From Bugula neritina (Eukaryota; Animalia; Bryozoa), in contig OZ037765.1 of assembly GCA_964035545.1 (NCBI GenBank), positions 19,096,995 to 19,160,994 on the forward strand: 64,000 nucleotides of DNA, given 5' to 3'. Both the position numbers and the translations under genes were made by a program. The notes beneath the pieces are model-generated. The model was not told where the DNA came from, searched no databases, and was given only the letters and a program-made list of their open reading frames with translations. How positions within the stretch are numbered: position 1 is the first letter of the stretch; each line of letters begins with the position of its first letter. Positions 13,240 through 26,400 of this stretch are shown in pieces.

Positions 13240-16200
13240 ATGGTACAACAAGAAGCATCTACCTTTGGAGTAAATATAACAGAGCGTAAAATGAGCCTGG
13301 GCTCGAGTGCTTCAAAACAATTCAGTGACTCCGTTTGCCTGACGAAAGCTCCTGACTTTAATAACCCAACAAGATATTACAGGAGCACTTATGACTTCTC
13401 AGCTCCAATGAGATTTAAGACTGTTGTAATGCTAGAGCCCTCCCTTGCTCCCATCAGGTAAGTAAACTGTGTAGATTCTAGACTATAACACTAATTATGT
13501 GCCTGTTTGTTTTAGTAATTATAGCTGCTTTATTTTTTATACCAGTTTTGTAATTAATGATTTGAAGCCATGTACATATTTTAAAGACAACTGGTGCATG
13601 ATTTGTTAGATTTGATACTTTTAATAAATTTTGAATTGCTCTAGTATATAGTTTTAGTGTATAAAGAGATTTTCTGTAATGTTTAATATTCATAAGCCAT
13701 AAGTGCACTTCTAGTAAGTATCTTGCATTGTTCTATTATATCTATTAATATGTACTACTTGATGAATCTTTGTTCAAGGCTATCATTTATTATTTGCTAT
13801 ATAAGTTGCCATATAGGCTTTTGCTACCATCAGTTCAGTTGTTTTTGTCCTGAAATATTCTACAACATGCCGTATAATTATACATCCTATGCTGTAAGTT
13901 CAAAACATCTGTTTTGAAAGGCTTCAAGTGCAATACCCCTTCTTACTATTGATTTTAATTCATCCAGCGTTTATTAGCCTTAATTATCAATATTTCATTG
14001 TGAAATTGCACATTATCACACTAGTTCACAGAAAAGTATTTGCCACAGTGCAATACTGCTGTATAAATCTTGCTGTCTCAAAAAATTACATTATAGGCAT
14101 TCATGAGTTTTTTTTTAAAATCACACATAAACTATAATAATATTTTATAGCACTACATGTAACACCTCAGTCTTGAGTAAACATTATAGGTGTGTTTGGC
14201 TAATATTTTATTCCTATATTAATAACAGAAGGCTATTGTTAGTTTCCACAGACTCTACAATAACTCACTGTTAGCTAGGAAGCATAACATTACCTGGCAG
14301 ACACCCACATATCATGATTTGGCATCTAGTATAGTATAGTAGTTAACATCTGAGTAATGGTTGACTAACTTTTAGGCAAAATTGAAGCTTCAAAAAGTAA
14401 TGCTGCATTGAAATTGAAAGAATTGTTGTGTTTGAATTAATACAGCGTGACATGTCAGATTCACTGGGTGGTACCTGCAAGGACTTAGAGCTAATGAAGT
14501 AACTAGCCATAATCTGCCGTGTTCTAGATTAGGAATGTAGCAAAATTATTAGTTTTTGCAAAAAATTACAACCCTTGTAGCAAACCAAAATTTATTAAAA
14601 AATTTAAGGAATTCAGGCTATCTCAACTTTTTCATTACTGTACCTGAATGTTTAGCTAAAGCAGCATGTAAGACATAAGCAATGGTTTATTTTTCACATT
14701 GATTTTAAAAAAGCATAAAAAGACAAAAAACCAGTATAGTAGGCCTATTGCTATTTATATGCACCAAAATTTATTAGTTACAAGGAATAGGTGAATAAGA
14801 CAGGGTTTCATTCTAACAAGTTACAAATTTGTATACCAGCTGCCTTACAGTGGACCTGCAAAATAATTCATCTAATTTAATTTTAATGAGCTCATATAGG
14901 CATTTCAAATATAAAACAATTCAAATCGATTTTGTTTGCATTTTAAACTAATTTAAGCCATTGTGCAAATATTTGCATTAGGCAAAATATTCCACTTCAC
15001 AATCAAACTTGAAAAACTGCACAGTCAGGATTGACTGGAGTTTGCCAAAATCTGTGGATATAGTAAATATACATATTTTGGGGATACAGCCAATACAATA
15101 AAGAAACGCCATGACTTTAGTCACAAAAATAGTAGGTAGGTCTAGATAAGGTGCTTTCTATAAGCAATCACGGTACATTGTATTATCATAAGCACCAAAG
15201 TCAGTAGTGTGATAGACATTACAATACAATTCTGATCACATTTTTTTATGAAAAACCCTGTCATTGTTCAAGTTGTTGCAATAGGCACATAGAACAACAT
15301 TTATTACATAATTTGCTTTTCATATTGAGTCGTAGTAATTTATACTTATGTTTATAGAAACAACATGCAACCAGTACAATTGGTGAGACCAAATGCTTTA
15401 TTAATTGTAATGGTACAGCCTCTAAACGCCTCATATGATTACAGAAGTATAGTTTCTGTGAGCCAAGTCATAAGCAATACATCGTAAATTCTTTTAACTA
15501 TAATTATATGAGTCAGCAGTACCAAAAACCTGTTAGAAAAATTTCAATCATAAACTGTAGCAAACGCTATTATGTACGGTTTTGTATGCAAATTGGAAGT
15601 AGTATTATAAGATAACCAATGCTACAAGCGCAGACATATTATTTTTCATGACCTAGTTTCTATCTAACATAAACAAACATCTTTTTGTTCTGAGTATTAT
15701 AGAATAAAGAAGATTATTTAAACTTATAAACCAAATGAAATTGCTGCAGCTGCAGTAACTTACTCAACTAAGTTTTTGGCTATTGGCTAATATATGTATA
15801 ACAAAACCGAGCAGTTTATTAATATATTATAGTGATTATCTTTTATGAATTTAACTTTTTTAAAATAAATATACAAGATGTATATCGACATACAAATGTA
15901 TTGAAATGATATATGAAAGCTGGCAGGGGTGGGTACTTTTCTAAAAGTTGTTGTGCAGTCGTTAAATAAAGAGCCTTTCAATTGACCACAGATTATAATG
16001 TAAGAAACTATTTTATCGTAAGGATCTTAAGCATGATAGCCTATTGCAGCTTCTGAATATTACTTGATTTATTGCTTGGAAAATATCTAGGTCATTGCAG
16101 AGTAGTATCAATGCTTATGATCCCTTCATAGAACTGCATTAAATGCTTTCTTATGCTTTTTCGAGGCTTACAATTTTTAAATGTTCTAAGATAGATACTA

Positions 16201-16897
16201 CTTTGCCAATAATGTAGGCTCATAAACTGGATAGAAAAAAGAGTGTTGGTAAACAACAAAATCATTGGAAGCCACTAGAATTTTACTGAGCTTACTTACA
16301 TAGAAAGAGGCCTTTAAAAGGAAGCAAATTTTAATTTGCAAATTCAAGCTATGGCTGGGATTAGGAGCCTGTGATGGTGCATGTGCCTGTAGATCAGTCC
16401 TTGAAAGCTGTTAAACAACTGATCGAATTTATTTATTAAGTTTTATTATTGTCAGGTATCACAGAACAATCAATTATGGAATTCCAAAAGAAAGTCGTCA
16501 TAAAAGCACTGTAGACTGTGATTTCAGACCTCGGCCACGAATGTTTAGTGAGACGGCATGGATATTTCCCAAACAAGGCCAAGATAGCTACAAAACTACA
16601 CTTGAAAGAAACTTGCTTTTTGACACTGTGTGGTACAAGTCTCAGGTGTTTCTAACAAGAGAAGATGACTTAAAGGATGTTCACAGTTGTAGCTCAAGTG
16701 AAGTATTTGATGGCATTATAGATAGAAACAATGGTATAGCTAGTGATGGTGAAGTGTCTAATCATAGACGAGATTGCAGTGGTAGTAGCAGTAATGACAG
16801 CAAAGATGAAATTGGCGAATTTACAAATATAAAAGCAGAAAATAAACATTACATAGGTGCAGACATTGAAAATAACTCAGTAGAAATCTATAACTGA
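13240..16897 (+). CDS. Putative two-exon gene, ~219-aa hypothetical protein of unknown function
   Basis: Exon 13240-13457 has a strong Kozak context (accATGG) and ends ATC AG|GTAAGT (phase 2). Exon 16456-16897 follows ttttattattgtcag|G and is open in the matching phase to TGA. Joined CDS is 660 nt. No domain recognised. Confidence 0.55.
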
Positions 16898-19800
16898 AAA
16901 AAGAATATTTTAATTATATAGCAATAGCATTATATATATATATTTGTATGCTGTGATTTTTAGAGATTTACAAACTGATTTTTCAACTTTTAATAGCAGT
17001 AAATACTGACAGACACTGTAAATTATGGGAACATATTTCAAGATTAGGAATGTGATGATGAGGCAGGGTGCCACTATGATAAGCATTCCAAATATTATAA
17101 TGAAATCATTGTGATATCATGGTTCTGTTGCTATGTCTTAGCTTCTTACAGGTATAGATAGCACTGCTAGGTAGTAGCTGTGACTGAGATAAGATTCAAA
17201 CCGGTTTAACATATTTTAACTAGTACAACTAATGTATCCATTCTTCTGCAATCTTATCTTACTGTATTGCATAACGCATAATATATTATAACCCCAAAGT
17301 TACCTAATTTATATTCTATATAATCTCATTCAACAGTTACAAATTTTACTATGCTTAATTTACTTTAGAATTACATATTACATTGTAGATTCTATGAAGT
17401 ATGTAACTTTAGTTACAGAAGTTTTTATATTTTTTAGTGTTTATGTTTCATTGAAATATATAGCAAAAACTTCATTTCAAAACACTTACTGTTTTTGCTA
17501 TCCTTCACAATTGCAAAGTTTACAAATATAATTTCATTATGAGGAGAATCCAGAAAATATAACACTAAAAATCAATTAAACGCACATAATAAGCATACCT
17601 TACGAAATGCAGTGGATATATAACTCTATCACAGTGTAAATGCATTCAGCCCAGCAAATTCCTTCTCTGATTTGAAGCACCATTTATCACTTTTGGCTTA
17701 TCAATAAGGAATTTCAGTAAAAATTAAAAAAACACGCTGTTATGCTTACAAATCCGTTTTGTTTGTTTATGTTTGTAATAGCTGTAGTTGAAATGAATAG
17801 CTATCTTAATGTCACACGTTCTTTCAATCAATTATAGGCTTTTCTGTTATGTGAAATTTCCTGCTGCTAAATATTGTACTAAACTACACCATAGAATCCA
17901 GATTATGAAAAGCAGCAATTTATTAAAATTATATACTGTATTTGGCGAAGCATGCTAATTAAGCAATTGTTAAGTTGTGCAATCGGGTTAATGCTAAACA
18001 ATAAATTATTTCATAGTATTAAAGTAGTTATAGCTAGAATAAGAAACACAATTTATGAAAGTATCTTTGCATAAAAGAAGTCTTATTAATTACGAGTGCA
18101 ATAAAGTACCACCTTTTGTTTAGATAGTCTTTTGAAAATAGTATAATATTATAGGCTTTGAACTTCAAATGTTATTTGCATAAAATTTTACTTTAATGTT
18201 GTATAATCAACATATTAAACAAAACTAAATAAAAACCGGACAGAATTTTTTAGAAATCAGCTATCCTTAGCAAAGTATAATTTGTTTATAAACAATTTGC
18301 TTCATTTAAAAGTGGTAAATTAAAAAAGTCTATAAAGAAGAAATATTAGTAATAATGCCAGCAAAATAATTTTTTTTCTGATCTCTATCGGACATTGTGG
18401 TAGTTTGAAGTATGGCAAAGCGTGTACATTGGCTCATCACCTGTTTGAAGCTGGACTATAACTTGTCATGGATGCAACTAGTAAGAGCTAGAATTCTAAA
18501 ACATAGAATAGAAGGCATGTTGAATCAATAATCAGTATTAGAAAGTATCAGAATATATAGCAGTCTAAAATTACAACCATAACAGCTTGCAATCTGTATG
18601 GCCAAATTTACAACTATTTTTTGTTTCTAATTATATAGTAAAAAAACCGTCGTTGCTCTCAGCCTATAAAAGGTTGCATGTGGCTTGAATGACTAGCATA
18701 CTCACTCTTTGAAACTACTATAAACAACATATAATTATTATTAAAATAAAATTAGGCCATACTGTAAGTTAAATTGAGTAAAAAAAGGAATAATAGAGAC
18801 AAAGGAAATTAATTCAATAAAAGTTTTGTTCAGTCATAAAATATTAAAAATGCTCACAGCTTTATTAATAATTGATATTTTACATTGTTATAATATTTTC
18901 CTAAAAGCAATGCCTAAAAATATTATTATATATATATGTGATCTCCAAATTTATAAACCTTGGACGGCTTCATATGCCCTGAAAAAAAGCAATGGAACAA
19001 TATACCGATATACATTGCTTTTTACTAAAAAATTTTTCAAAACTATACTGAACTTAAATAATAAAATATAATTGCAATGCTTTAAACTTTAACTGATTTG
19101 CAGTTTACAAAACACAAGAATGATAATGGTAAGTATTTTTGTATATCAAACAATTTACATGTATGCATTTACATACTTTTTTGAAATTTTAGATATGTTT
19201 GAAGCTTTAGCATCATGTACGTACAGCAGTATACACGTTAATAATACCTTTACAATTAGAACTAAATAAAATCTTTACATTGCAGTCAGTGTGGTTAAGA
19301 GTAAACTTTTTTTGATATATTGACTGCAAGGAGATTGTAATTACTACATGAAACGGCTAAAAACAATGAAAAAGTGTAGTAAGAGACTGGCCAGTTAAAA
19401 ATATTGTCAGCCCGCTTAAAAATTAGAACCACATACTATATATCATGAAATGAAAATTTCTATTCCAAGCTTGTTAATATTTAAAAATATTAATTATTAT
19501 AACTATTATGCGCGTTGTTCAAAAGTGGACCTAGCTTTAAACTATTTGGCTTTAGTTTTAAAATCTAATCACATTTTTTGAATTGCTTTTGAATTTCCCA
19601 CAAGCAAAGTTAGCTGTAAGTCCAAATAGTGGCATGTTTTATTTCATCCACTAACAAGTTTGTGTAGGTCCTGATGTAAACTGTAAATGATTCAAAACCA
19701 CTATAAATAAGTTTGGCTTTTTAGATAGGAAAGACTTCAACTTGAAGTATTTTTGATAAGAAATTTGTTGTTGATATTGTAATTGTAATTTAGAAATCTG

Positions 19801-20412
19801 TATTCAAGAACAGCGTTTTATGTATAATAACTTACTTAAATATGCTCCTATAAATAATAAATGAAGACTCATGTGGTCAATTGTAATTATATATGAATTT
19901 TGCATAACTCACAAAACCTAGGATGCTACTAAATTAACTGCTAGCAAAACAATTATATATAACTAATTTGCTTATAAAAGTTTCATTTTAGTTGCAGCCT
20001 CAGAATTTCAAAAAGATACAAATTGTAAATTCTGTCTAACATTTAACTGCAATAAAACTTTTAAATTCAATTTATGTAAAAAGTATTTCTATAAATATAT
20101 TTTTAATAATTAATATTGCATGAATTGTATACAGGCATGATTTTAATGCTTATCTACCATATTTTCATTCTATGTAAAATAAGTCTATTTTAAGTTTGAT
20201 AATAATATCTTTAAAATTATATTAATAATTATTGCTTAAGTATAATAAAAATAATTTATTAAATAAAGATCTGTTCTCGAAAGCATAGAACTAAACTAGA
20301 TTAAATTTATTTTAAAATATCATCAGTGTAAACTAAAGTTGATCATATTACATATTATTATGTAATAAGCAGAAATATTATTACAAATAATAAATCATTT
20401 GATAACTGCCAA

Positions 20413-23400
20413 TTAGCTGACCTTTTGTATGTCGTAGAACCAATCAGTAACTCCGACATTACAATCCTCTTTCACCATAGCTTCTACTTTCTGCTTCAGT
20501 AGTTTCTTGCTAGTCTGCAGAATGTTGAAAGCAGTGTCATAAGACTTTAAGATTACAGGTTGATGTGTCTGGCAACCAAGTATTCCAATAATAATATAAA
20601 TAATTTGAGATATCAAATACTGAATAAAATTATGGAGCACATCATATGATAAAATGTATGCTATAATAATGTATATTTTATATAGTTTATGATATAATAA
20701 TATATAATGGCATAGTTATGGTAAAGGCTAAGAGTACAGCATATAATGATATAATATCAAACCAAACTATGACCTAAAATACCACATATACCACCATGCC
20801 AAAATATAACCGTGTATTATAATGTAAATGTAACATAAATATATCATACATTATGCTATGCTGTATTACAATATATCACATAATTTTGCTACACTAAATT
20901 ACATTAGATTGCACTATACTCATTTAACATGAAACCCGTAAAGTGGAGATAAGCAATGCACTGCTTTATGTCCTACAATTGATTATTTTATTATTTAAGC
21001 TATATTAATCTACACTCTATAACTTATATTCTACCATGCTTACTTTTCTCCCATTGCCAGTCATTGGAAATGAATCAAAATAAAGAATTCTGGCAGCTCT
21101 ACGCTGTTCATCTAACTAAAAAATATAAATAAATGCTTTGTTTATGATTCAAAATAATATTTAGCATGATCCTTGATCAGGCAGATATAACTTTTGTTAA
21201 AGACAATTACATTGACAATTGAGAGTTGTTTCAGCATTAACTGTGTTTGTGTGTGTTTGTGTGTGTTTCTTCTATTGCAAAGGTGTCGGCCATGTTACTC
21301 TCTTCTGGGACCACGGGACAAACCCTAAAACAGCTAGTTTTACACAAAAAACCCATATACTAGCTACTAAACCTCTTTTAAAACAAAGTTTACTAAATTT
21401 AATTAAATAAGGTCTATAGTCTCTCTAGCCATGGAAAACTTGCTTAGTACTGCCAAAGGAAATGTCATAGCCTGAAAAATTCTACAATATAACTTTGGAA
21501 AACATTAAAAAGCCTAAAAAATATAAAAAATTGTAAGAGGAGATTGCATAAACAGCATTACAAATTAAATCTTTGATACGATATATTATTTTTTGAAGGA
21601 TAGTAAAATATTCTCGGTGATTCACTCTATCAAAAAATAGAATCTTACAGATGTCGTGTTCTTTAAATTGGATTTTAATTATTGATTGCAGCAAGAGGAT
21701 TAAAATTAAAAAAAAATAATAACTATACTTATCTTATATAAAGGTCAAAAAATAATTAATAAAAGACTTGTCTAAAAGTTTTAGATGAGCCAATAAATTT
21801 CGAGCAGTCTATTTTAATAACAAACCACTGAGGTATTCTGTCTATATGCTTATAGTAATGAAGGCTAGCTTTGCATTTAATATTTTTGAGTTTAATTAAA
21901 ATTTTTTCATTAAATTTACGAGTCTATATTCTAGCCACTTCATTCATGTTTTAGTTTCTATAGTTTTAGAATGGAGAGCAGGCATTATCTGTAAGAATTC
22001 TCAAATGTAGCAAGTCTATTAATTTAGTTGACTGAAGAATATCTCCATCTATTTGCCATATGCACATGTATACTAATTATGTCACTTTATATTATTGAGA
22101 TACTGAAAGATTGGGAATTTGAATGAGATAACTGTTCCCAACACTTTATGATGCTTGATACAAAAATGCATTGGAACTAACAGTCACATATCAGCATTAA
22201 AAATTTAATTAGAGACATTTTGATATTGATTTAATGTTGATCAATAATTATTGTAAACTTTGTTCATACTCATTTACAATTTTAACTCTTTAACGTAACT
22301 ACAAGTATTAGTTTAATTTGTATTTAAAATATTTATGCTAATATAGTTTAATATTATTTTAATAGGTTTATTAAGTGAATATAAGTATTTATGATTAATC
22401 TGGGAACTTTGTAAGCACAATTTAACATATATTCATTGCAGTACATCATAGACTTACCCCATTTTCATAACAAAATGTCATAAGGTCTTCTTCCCTAAGC
22501 TTGTCTGCACCATCATGCAACCTGAAACATGCATAGAATCTACAGCATTTGAATATAAGTTCCGCAATTACAATGTTTCAAAATAAATATATAATTCTTT
22601 CCCTCACAACCAGGTTTTGAATCTGTTAAAACTATAAGCGTTGGAGGAGATAAATTAATTTAAACCAATAATTGAAAGATTGAATGAACCCGTCGTTTTA
22701 AAAATTTTCTTCTTTGGTATTAATGTAAAACAATCTCAAAGTAATAATATATTCTAACTGCAATTACTACGTATGCCTAGGTGTACATGTATGTAGGCCT
22801 ATATGTAATACTGGGTTACTAAATTTTCAATTTTAATTTGTGAGAATAAGCTGTGTATAGTATGCTTTATATTACAATTTTAATATGGATTTATACATAA
22901 GTATTCATGCTATTAGCCAGATGGCATAAAGCCCCAGCTTTGATAAATAATTTTAATAGGTTTTTTATTTATTATATATTTTTATTGGTAATCTTTTAAA
23001 TTATATGACCCATAATTTTTTTTCAATAACATCTAACACGATATCTCATTTGCTTTGAAAATAATAAAAAATTATTGAATCATGCATATTTATTTTAGAG
23101 CAAACCAGCAGTCTATTAACTAAATGTATTGTAGAGAATTTGTATATATAATATCGATAGGATAACTCCACACGCTTGACTTAAGACATGATGCATTTTG
23201 CATCATGCAAATCAACTAGTGCGATGGTGCCATCGTAATGGCCAATCAGTGACTGCTAGTAATTAGTAGTAGGCGGAGCTGCATATTTGTAGTGGACGCT
23301 AGTCTAATTGACTAGCCGGCAGAGAGTGTTGGAAATTGATAATGTAAAGTCTTGTGTATTGTCTCTCTGATTATGTATAACGTGTTTTTAATAGTTGTAC

Positions 23401-26400
23401 ATTTTATTAGTATCTTGGATTAAATAGAATAAATTGTTAGCAATCGAAAATCTGGTGAAATAGCTTTGCCTAAATAGACCCAATAATTACAAGTGCATGA
23501 ACTGTAAATTCACAACAGTATTATCTAAAAATCATTGAAAGTGATTGATAAATTTTATTTTCACTTTCAATGAAAACTTAGTTGATGAGTTTATTCATTA
23601 AATTACGCACAATGTTGACAATTTACATTACCATCAACTTATATTAGGTTTAGACTCACATGATGCAGTAAGTAATCTCATCTCCTATGATGTCATTACT
23701 CGCACCACCCACAACCTGCAAAGACTAAGATTATAGTTTACACTTTTCAAATGAGTTTGCAATGATTTATCACATAACTGAAAATGTTTCTTTAGCAATT
23801 TAAAACTATAACGGGCTTTTATTGAAAATATTTAAATACAAGAACTGCTTTTACATATCTTTTTTATAATCACAATTTTAGTAAAAAAAATTTTGTCAGC
23901 AATTTTTGAACTAGCTGTGGACTACTTTTAATCATGCCTAATGCGTGGTTTAAGGGCTTTTAATGTTACAAATGAGTGATTCTAAGAAGTTTGTTATATC
24001 GCAGAAGTTATTATAACAAGCCAGAGTTTATTATGTTGCCACCAATAAGCCTGCTATAGAGTGTGTAATCTTACCAGCCTATAAATAGAGGTGCTCTACT
24101 CCTAACAACTGTAGGCCATGGTCAAATGGGAAGTAGTAATTGATTATTATTATTGTGAAAAGCTCTCGATATAAGTTCAATTTTTTCAAAATTTAAATAT
24201 ATATTTAACATCGAACATATAATTTTTTGTTTGATTATAGTATTTACACCTTTGAGGGTTGAATAATAGGTTATGCCAACAGCAAAAGTTAAGTATTACA
24301 ATTCTAATTTAGCACAAATAAAATATTGATGTGCTATCATTTTGCAAGATGTTAGCTTTAGGAAAAAATGCTAAGTTATAAATATAAAGCTATAACCAAA
24401 GTAAATTGACAAACCCAAAATTTATTCTGACATATTATGTAATACTTGCAGACACATTTTTGATCCCTGGATACGTGGAGACAACCTCTTCTATTGGTCC
24501 AGGATAAACAACATCTCCAAATACTTTAAATCTCATAGCATCAGCAACTCTCCCTTTTATTATAAAAGTACCATCAGGGTACATCATACCCATATCTCTG
24601 AAAAAAAAACTTCCAAAGTGCATCTCTTAAAGGTATGCATTTCCATTTTACAACTATAGTGTCAGTAAAGTTTAAGTTATTCAATATGTTTTAAAAAATA
24701 AATGTTGCACAATTTACAAGTTGTGTTTGTTTATAAGCAATTCAAATTTACATGATGTTAGAATAAAAAAAAATCAGCACAACTATTTTTAGTGCCTAAA
24801 CTCTATAAATATGCAAAATTCTTGAGCCATGCAGTATTACATCATTATTATATTTCAGACTTGCAATCAAAGTTATTATTTAAAAAAAAACAAAAAAGTT
24901 GAGTTTTTTATTGAAGTTGATTTTTGTGCCTATAGGAATAAAAACAGCGCAATAATTTTTTTAAAAGACTTCATAATTTTTAGCATTTGCTACGATCATA
25001 AGAGATTATGCTATATAAGATTTCATTTCAAAGCATAGTAAAACTAAAGCAGAACTTAAATTCCAAAACAATGGCCAGAATGAAATATTGACAGCACATG
25101 CAGCAAGAATTATTAAATTGTAATTGAAAGGAATATAACTCGACTCATTATTTCGATCATTAACTGGTACTTGGAATTCTCAACATCAAAACATTTTAAG
25201 CAGTATAGGGCTATCACAATAAGGTGAATATCAAACTCATACTAACCCAGTTTTGAAAAAGCCATCTTTTGTAAAAGCAGCTTCTGTTCTATCTGGGTCT
25301 CCCCGATAGTTCTTAAAGACGTTAAATGTTTTGAGTTGTATTTCACCATCTTCACCAACATCTACCACCACATCATTTTCATCTACTAGTCTCACCTGTT
25401 AAATTAAGCTACAATCATTATATTATTTACACATGCATGATTAGTTTTGTAAGCAATTATAGTTTTATTTAAAGATTAGTATATAATTTTATATTTAAAA
25501 TTATGAGCTCAGCACCTGTGTAAGCAAATATTGTTTTCTTAAGGAACAATTTTAATAGGCCAAATCTCACCACATTCAAATAACTTTTTTGTTTTTTAGA
25601 GCATACTAAAACTGAAGCAGAAAAGAAGATCTATAAATTAAAGACAGTAAGCTAAAGTGAAATTTTGACAAGCATGACATTGCAATTGAAAGAAACACAA
25701 TTCAAATATAAATTTTAGTATTCATAAAAAAGATGGAGTTGCACTATTTATCCAAGTTTAAGCATTGCATTTATGCAGGTGAGCTTGTGATAAATAAGAT
25801 AACATGGCTTGACACAAACCTCCAAGTTTGGTAAAGGATACATTCTAGCATCAAGAATTTGCTCCATGTCAGATGGCAGAGTGCCAAGTGGAGTCCCAGC
25901 TACCACCATGACTTCAGATAAACCATATTCAGTCTAAAGTTATGAAACAATTCTTTTCTATTTCATTACATAGTTGTCATATAAAATTGACCCATATATG
26001 AAACTTTAGTATACATCAACTATAATAGTTATTAGAATATTTCATGACATGGTGAAAAATGATGTTATATATACCAACTAACAAATGGTATCCCTGAGAA
26101 TGTCTTTATTATGTATTCTTTAAACCTCCTTGAGATAATCTGGCCGCTGCATAGTACAAGCTTCAGAGGTGGTGCTTCAGCATGTTTTCTTTCAAATGAA
26201 GAAGCTATTAGCTGTGTTATACCAGAAGGCAAAATAAAATGCTCTATTCTACAACAATTACATACTAATTAAAACAAAATTCTAATAGAAAAGAGAAATT
26301 TAATAATTGTATAGACCATGATTACAATAGCAACACTTTACATCATATTCTTCATACTCTCTGTATATAACAGTACCAGCTTAATAAAAGCAAACAAAAG

